DNA from: an uncultured Staphylococcaceae bacterium
GTDB taxonomy: Bacteria > Bacillota_I > Bacilli_A > RFN20 > CAG-826
Length of the DNA: 64,000 nt
Assembly (NCBI GenBank): GCA_964433025.1
Contig: CAYSPV010000001.1
Coordinates: 10,597 to 74,596, forward strand
Direction of reading: 5' to 3'
This document shows positions 60,526 to 64,000 of the stretch, in pieces. The notes under the pieces are model-generated. The model had not been told where the DNA came from. It was given only the letters and a program-made list of their open reading frames with translations, and ran no database searches. The position numbers and the translations under genes are program-made. Positions within the stretch are counted from its first letter, which is position 1. The number at the start of each line of letters is the position of its first letter.

Positions 60526-61422
60526 TTATTTTATCACATCCTTAACTTTTCTTATAACCATCTTTGCATATATTTTAGCAACATTAATATTAGTGATTTC
60601 TAAAAACTCTTTAAAGAAAGCATTTTGATTTATTTCACAAAGAATAGGTTCATTATTTTGACCAATTAATAAATCAATTCCTGCATAATCTATGTCTAAA
60701 ATATCCACGATTTTCATAATGAATTGTTTATATTCATCATTTAAGATAAATTCTTCAGATTTACTACCCTTATAATTACTTCTAAAATCATTATCATGAT
60801 ATCTAAGAATCGCTCCTAATATTTGATGGTCCGCGACCATTACTCTAATAGATTTACCATAACTAGAAGTTATATATTCTTGAAATAATAATGGTTCTAG
60901 TTTCATTTGCTGATAAGCATCTAATAATTCATCTTTATTTGAGGCATACATCATATTTAAACCCATTGAACCATGTACACCTTTAACAATAATAGGAAAA
61001 GATAATTGATTAATAATATTATTTATAACTTCTTGAGAGTTATTGTTTTTTAAATTGTAATATAAAGGACCTGCGATAGTTTTAGGCATATTGATATTAT
61101 AATTAGCTAATTTAATATGAGTTAGCATCTTATCATCACATAAAGTGATGAAATCTGGTCTATTAAAGATTAATATATCTTCTTTTACAAGAAGATTTAA
61201 TAAATATTTATCTTTATCTAAATAGATAACAAAATCACATTTAGGGATGTTTAATTCGATGTAACCGCTATCATTAATTAAAGCTAATGAGCCATCATTT
61301 TTTAATATCTCAATTTCGCTATCTAATAACAAAAATTCTTCTTTTAATTTATCTATTTTATGTTGGATCGCATCACCAGCGGATCCATAATTAAAATTAA
61401 CAATTATAAGACCTTTATACAT
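60526..61422 (-). CDS. RimK-like ATP-grasp ligase
   Basis: ATP-grasp pattern (FPIIVKGVHGSMGLNM, LFQEYI, SIRVMV, GIDLL...ILCEINQN). Start set at ATG 61422, which overlaps the upstream stop as ATGTATAA. Confidence 0.7.
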   Translation of the reverse strand: MYKGLIIVNFNYGSAGDAIQHKIDKLKEEFLLLDSEIEILKNDGSLALINDSGYIELNIPKCDFVIYLDKDKYLLNLLVKEDILIFNRPDFITLCDDKMLTHIKLANYNINMPKTIAGPLYYNLKNNNSQEVINNIINQLSFPIIVKGVHGSMGLNMMYASNKDELLDAYQQMKLEPLLFQEYITSSYGKSIRVMVADHQILGAILRYHDNDFRSNYKGSKSEEFILNDEYKQFIMKIVDILDIDYAGIDLLIGQNNEPILCEINQNAFFKEFLEITNINVAKIYAKMVIRKVKDVIK

Positions 61423-62608
61423 CACTTTTAGCCTTTCTAATGTCTTTAAAAACAAATTCATTATTAACTTTAAAATTGTTTTTTGCTAAAGCTTTAATAT
61501 TTGATAAATAGGTATTAGATTTTCTTAAAGAAAATGAATAATATTTTTTAAATTTAATAATGGAAGTTGTTATTACGTACACTAGTGAGATTAAAATAAT
61601 AATAAAGTAGACCATTATTAGATTTGAAGAATTATTAAAATTAGCAAAACAAGCAAAAATACCTAATAAGGAAATAACAATATAAAATACGTATAGACCT
61701 GCTCCTAATAAGGGATGTCGTCCTTTAGAAAATAGGTTTAATTTAACGGTGAAGAATACCACCATTGCTAAAGAATACACTGCGTTAATTATCGAACTAG
61801 TTTGAGCAAATATATTAGAAAATCCTACAAAATGACCATAGATAAGATTTGATAAAGTATAGAAAAATAACACTACGGAAAAAACAAATAACAAAATATA
61901 TAAATTAGCAAATGTTGAATTACCTACTTTAGGGGTGTTATTAAAATCTTTGTTAACTAAATTAGAGGCATACTCATCATATCTTTTTAATTCATCTTTA
62001 GCTTTAGCTAAATATGTTTTCCATTTAAAGATTTTATCCACTATTTGTTTTTCTTTTTTATTAATGGCTAAATCATTAAGCTTATTTAGATTTTTATCTA
62101 TTTCATTTAATTTGTTGTTATAAGCCTCAATAACATCATATTTTCTATCATAACTAGTTATAGCTCTTCTCCATCCATCTTGAATAGCTAAATCAGGATA
62201 ATAGCTAGATATTTTTGAATACACTACTTGAGATGATTTAGAATATTTAATTCTAGCTAGATGATATAATCTAGCTTTTAAATCATCTTGTATCTCTTCT
62301 TCACTTAATTTATATTCTGGATAGATTAAATCATCTAATAGATTAATATTTGCTAACGAACAGACATAAAATAAATATGAATAAAAATCATTTTTCCATA
62401 TTTTAAGCATCGCTTTAGATAAATCTAATAATTTATCAAATTGTTGTTTATTTAAAAATGATAGTCCTTGTTTTTGCATATCAAAATAAGATTCACTATC
62501 ACTAGTTTGATAATCAATAGGCTCACCGCAGTGAGGACATTTTATCTTTTCACTAGCTAATGTATCTAAATCAATTGGCTTTTTACAATTAGGACAAACA
62601 ATCTCCAC
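61415..62608 (-). CDS. Zinc-ribbon / coiled-coil / multi-TM protein of unknown function (GTG start)
   Basis: N-terminal CPNC...CPHC, a long helical middle region and about 5 C-terminal TM segments. GGAG lies 10 nt upstream of the GTG. Confidence 0.6.
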   Translation of the reverse strand: MEIVCPNCKKPIDLDTLASEKIKCPHCGEPIDYQTSDSESYFDMQKQGLSFLNKQQFDKLLDLSKAMLKIWKNDFYSYLFYVCSLANINLLDDLIYPEYKLSEEEIQDDLKARLYHLARIKYSKSSQVVYSKISSYYPDLAIQDGWRRAITSYDRKYDVIEAYNNKLNEIDKNLNKLNDLAINKKEKQIVDKIFKWKTYLAKAKDELKRYDEYASNLVNKDFNNTPKVGNSTFANLYILLFVFSVVLFFYTLSNLIYGHFVGFSNIFAQTSSIINAVYSLAMVVFFTVKLNLFSKGRHPLLGAGLYVFYIVISLLGIFACFANFNNSSNLIMVYFIIILISLVYVITTSIIKFKKYYSFSLRKSNTYLSNIKALAKNNFKVNNEFVFKDIRKAKSDV

Positions 62609-62680
62609 TTTTTAAACTCCAAGCAATAAGTATTATACTATAACAAACAAAATTGTATAATAATAACGAGGTATTATTAT

Positions 62681-63622
62681 ATGTTATACATAGGTGTTGA
62701 TATAGGCGGTATGTCTATAAAAATTGGAGTGGTAAATGAAAAAGGAGAAATCATATCTAGATTTAATATGATCTTTGAACATATTAATCAAGAAGAGATG
62801 ATTATCTCACTAGCAAATAAGATTAATGAGCATATTAAAGATAATAATTTAAAAGATATCCAAGGTATTGGAATTAGCTGTGCAGGTGTTGTAAATTCTA
62901 ATACTGGTTATTGTGATTATAGCGCAAATCTAGGATGGGATAAATTAGATGTATGTGGCATACTTTCAAGATACACAAATCTAAAATGTAAAATATCTAA
63001 TGATGCGAATTGTGCGACTCTTGGAGAAGTTAAATTTGGTATAGCTAAAAACTATCATAATGTTGTTATGCTTACTTTAGGTACAGGAGTAGGGGGAGGT
63101 CTTTATTTAAATGATAAATTATTTGAAGGCTATCAAGGGAAAGGCGCGGAATTAGGTCATTCATTATTTATTTATAATGGTAGAGAATGTGCCTGTGGTC
63201 TTAAAGGTTGTTTTGAAAGATATGCAAGTGCGTCTGCATTAATATATGACACTAAAGAAGAGATGTTAAAGAATAGAAATTCTAAGATGTGGGAATATGC
63301 AGATAACGATATTAATAATGTTAATGGTAAAACTGCTTTTGAATGTTCAAAATTAGGTGATGAAAGTGCTATTAAAGTCGTTAATCAATACATTAATTAT
63401 CTAAGTGCAGGTATTCTTAGCTTTTGTAATATCTTTAGACCTGAAGCTGTTATATTAGGTGGAGGTATTTCTAATCAAAAAGAATATCTAATTAAACCTA
63501 TTAAAAAGATTTTAAAAGATAATAATTATGGATATAAAAATACACCCTCAGTGGATGTATTAATTGCTAAATTAGGAAACGATGCTGGAATTATTGGTGC
63601 TGCGGCACTAGTAATGGATTAA
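62681..63622 (+). CDS. glcK: ROK-family glucokinase
   Basis: IGVDIGGMSIK, LGTGVGGG and the Zn motif CACGLKGCFE. Confidence 0.88.
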   Translation: MLYIGVDIGGMSIKIGVVNEKGEIISRFNMIFEHINQEEMIISLANKINEHIKDNNLKDIQGIGISCAGVVNSNTGYCDYSANLGWDKLDVCGILSRYTNLKCKISNDANCATLGEVKFGIAKNYHNVVMLTLGTGVGGGLYLNDKLFEGYQGKGAELGHSLFIYNGRECACGLKGCFERYASASALIYDTKEEMLKNRNSKMWEYADNDINNVNGKTAFECSKLGDESAIKVVNQYINYLSAGILSFCNIFRPEAVILGGGISNQKEYLIKPIKKILKDNNYGYKNTPSVDVLIAKLGNDAGIIGAAALVMD

Positions 63623-64000
63623 TATAAATAAATCTTAGGGAATATTTCTTTATATAAATATTCCTTTTTTAATTTTTCATATTGTTTTTTATCATTTCTA
63701 ACACCATTATATAAATCTAATTTAAGGTTTTCATATTTTTCTCTACCTTTAGCGTTGCTAATTAAATAATTTCTTAAATTAATGGCTACATTCCAGGCTC
63801 TAGAATTAAATATATAAACATAAACCATAAAGACAATTTTATTATCTATGTTTCTATGAAAACAAAAACAATCTAAAGATGACTTTTCATTATCATATAC
63901 ATAACCTGATATTGTTAGTTTATCTTTAATGGCTATTTGATCATAAGCATTACCTGCTCCAATTGCAATATCAATAATAGGTCTAGCTCTTAAATTTTTA
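63619..64000 (-). CDS. GrpB-family protein, C-terminal part; gene runs off the window end
   Basis: The open frame continues upstream of the track ORF (63619-63828) to the window edge: KNLRARPIIDIAIGAGN...LRNYLISNAKGREKYENLKLDLY. This has GrpB-like PIIDI and RxYL motifs. Confidence 0.55.
   Translation of the reverse strand, partial: KNLRARPIIDIAIGAGNAYDQIAIKDKLTISGYVYDNEKSSLDCFCFHRNIDNKIVFMVYVYIFNSRAWNVAINLRNYLISNAKGREKYENLKLDLYNGVRNDKKQYEKLKKEYLYKEIFPKIYLY

Noticed and set aside
33934-62123. Other antisense ORFs in the track (33934-34146, 34460-34645, 34689-35078, 36596-36787, 43574-43849, 45897-46160, 48727-48912, 49184-49369, 49841-50032, 55278-55520, 55709-55945, 57034-57396, 58499-58699, 61935-62123, plus 23747-23944 and 28899-29105)
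   Set aside because: Each lies fully within or opposite a well-supported gene and lacks ribosome-binding sites. Their composition mirrors the complementary strand of real genes.
63619-63828. Track ORF of 69 aa read as a complete small gene
   Set aside because: The same frame stays open upstream to the window edge and encodes GrpB-like motifs (RPIIDIAIG), so it is the C-terminal part of a longer gene truncated by the window.

Overview
Visibly AT-rich bacterial chromosome segment with a Bacillota/Mollicutes-like gene order. It uses the standard genetic code: adk ends in TGA, and prfB carries the classic CTT-TGA-C +1 frameshift. About 60% of the window is core housekeeping. This includes a complete S10-spc-alpha ribosomal protein cluster on the minus strand (rpsJ to rplQ, 989-15908, with secY-adk-map-infA-rpmJ and no rpmD). 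It also includes the operons tgt-queA-queH, uvrB, prfB-secA-comFC-comFA, prfA-prmC-tsaC-rpiB, dnaX-ybaB-recR-tmk-holB-yaaT-rsmI and typA. I found no CRISPR array, transposase, integrase or rRNA. RNA and regulatory features readable from the sequence are: one tRNA-Ala(CGC); a preQ1-I-like riboswitch in front of queT; a consensus promoter plus GC-rich structured leader in front of rpsJ; two CIRCE operators on a consensus promoter in front of hsp20; and several rho-independent terminators. The candidates for undescribed biology lie in the accessory stretches. (i) A five-gene, translationally coupled operon (57549-62608): zinc-ribbon membrane protein, RimK-like ATP-grasp ligase, lipoprotein metallophosphoesterase, polytopic membrane protein and RluA-type synthase. 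(ii) A DUF1538-like membrane protein with two divergent P-II-like proteins (55214-57506). (iii) Two tandem membrane-anchored XRE regulators with homogenised N-termini, a strongly SD-preceded 16-codon hydrophobic micro-ORF between them, and two 8-7-8 palindromes upstream, all next to the tRNA and a Y-family polymerase/YolD cassette (27864-31278). (iv) A recurrent leaderless-mRNA architecture at operon-first genes. All functional assignments come from motif recognition by eye, with no database search run.
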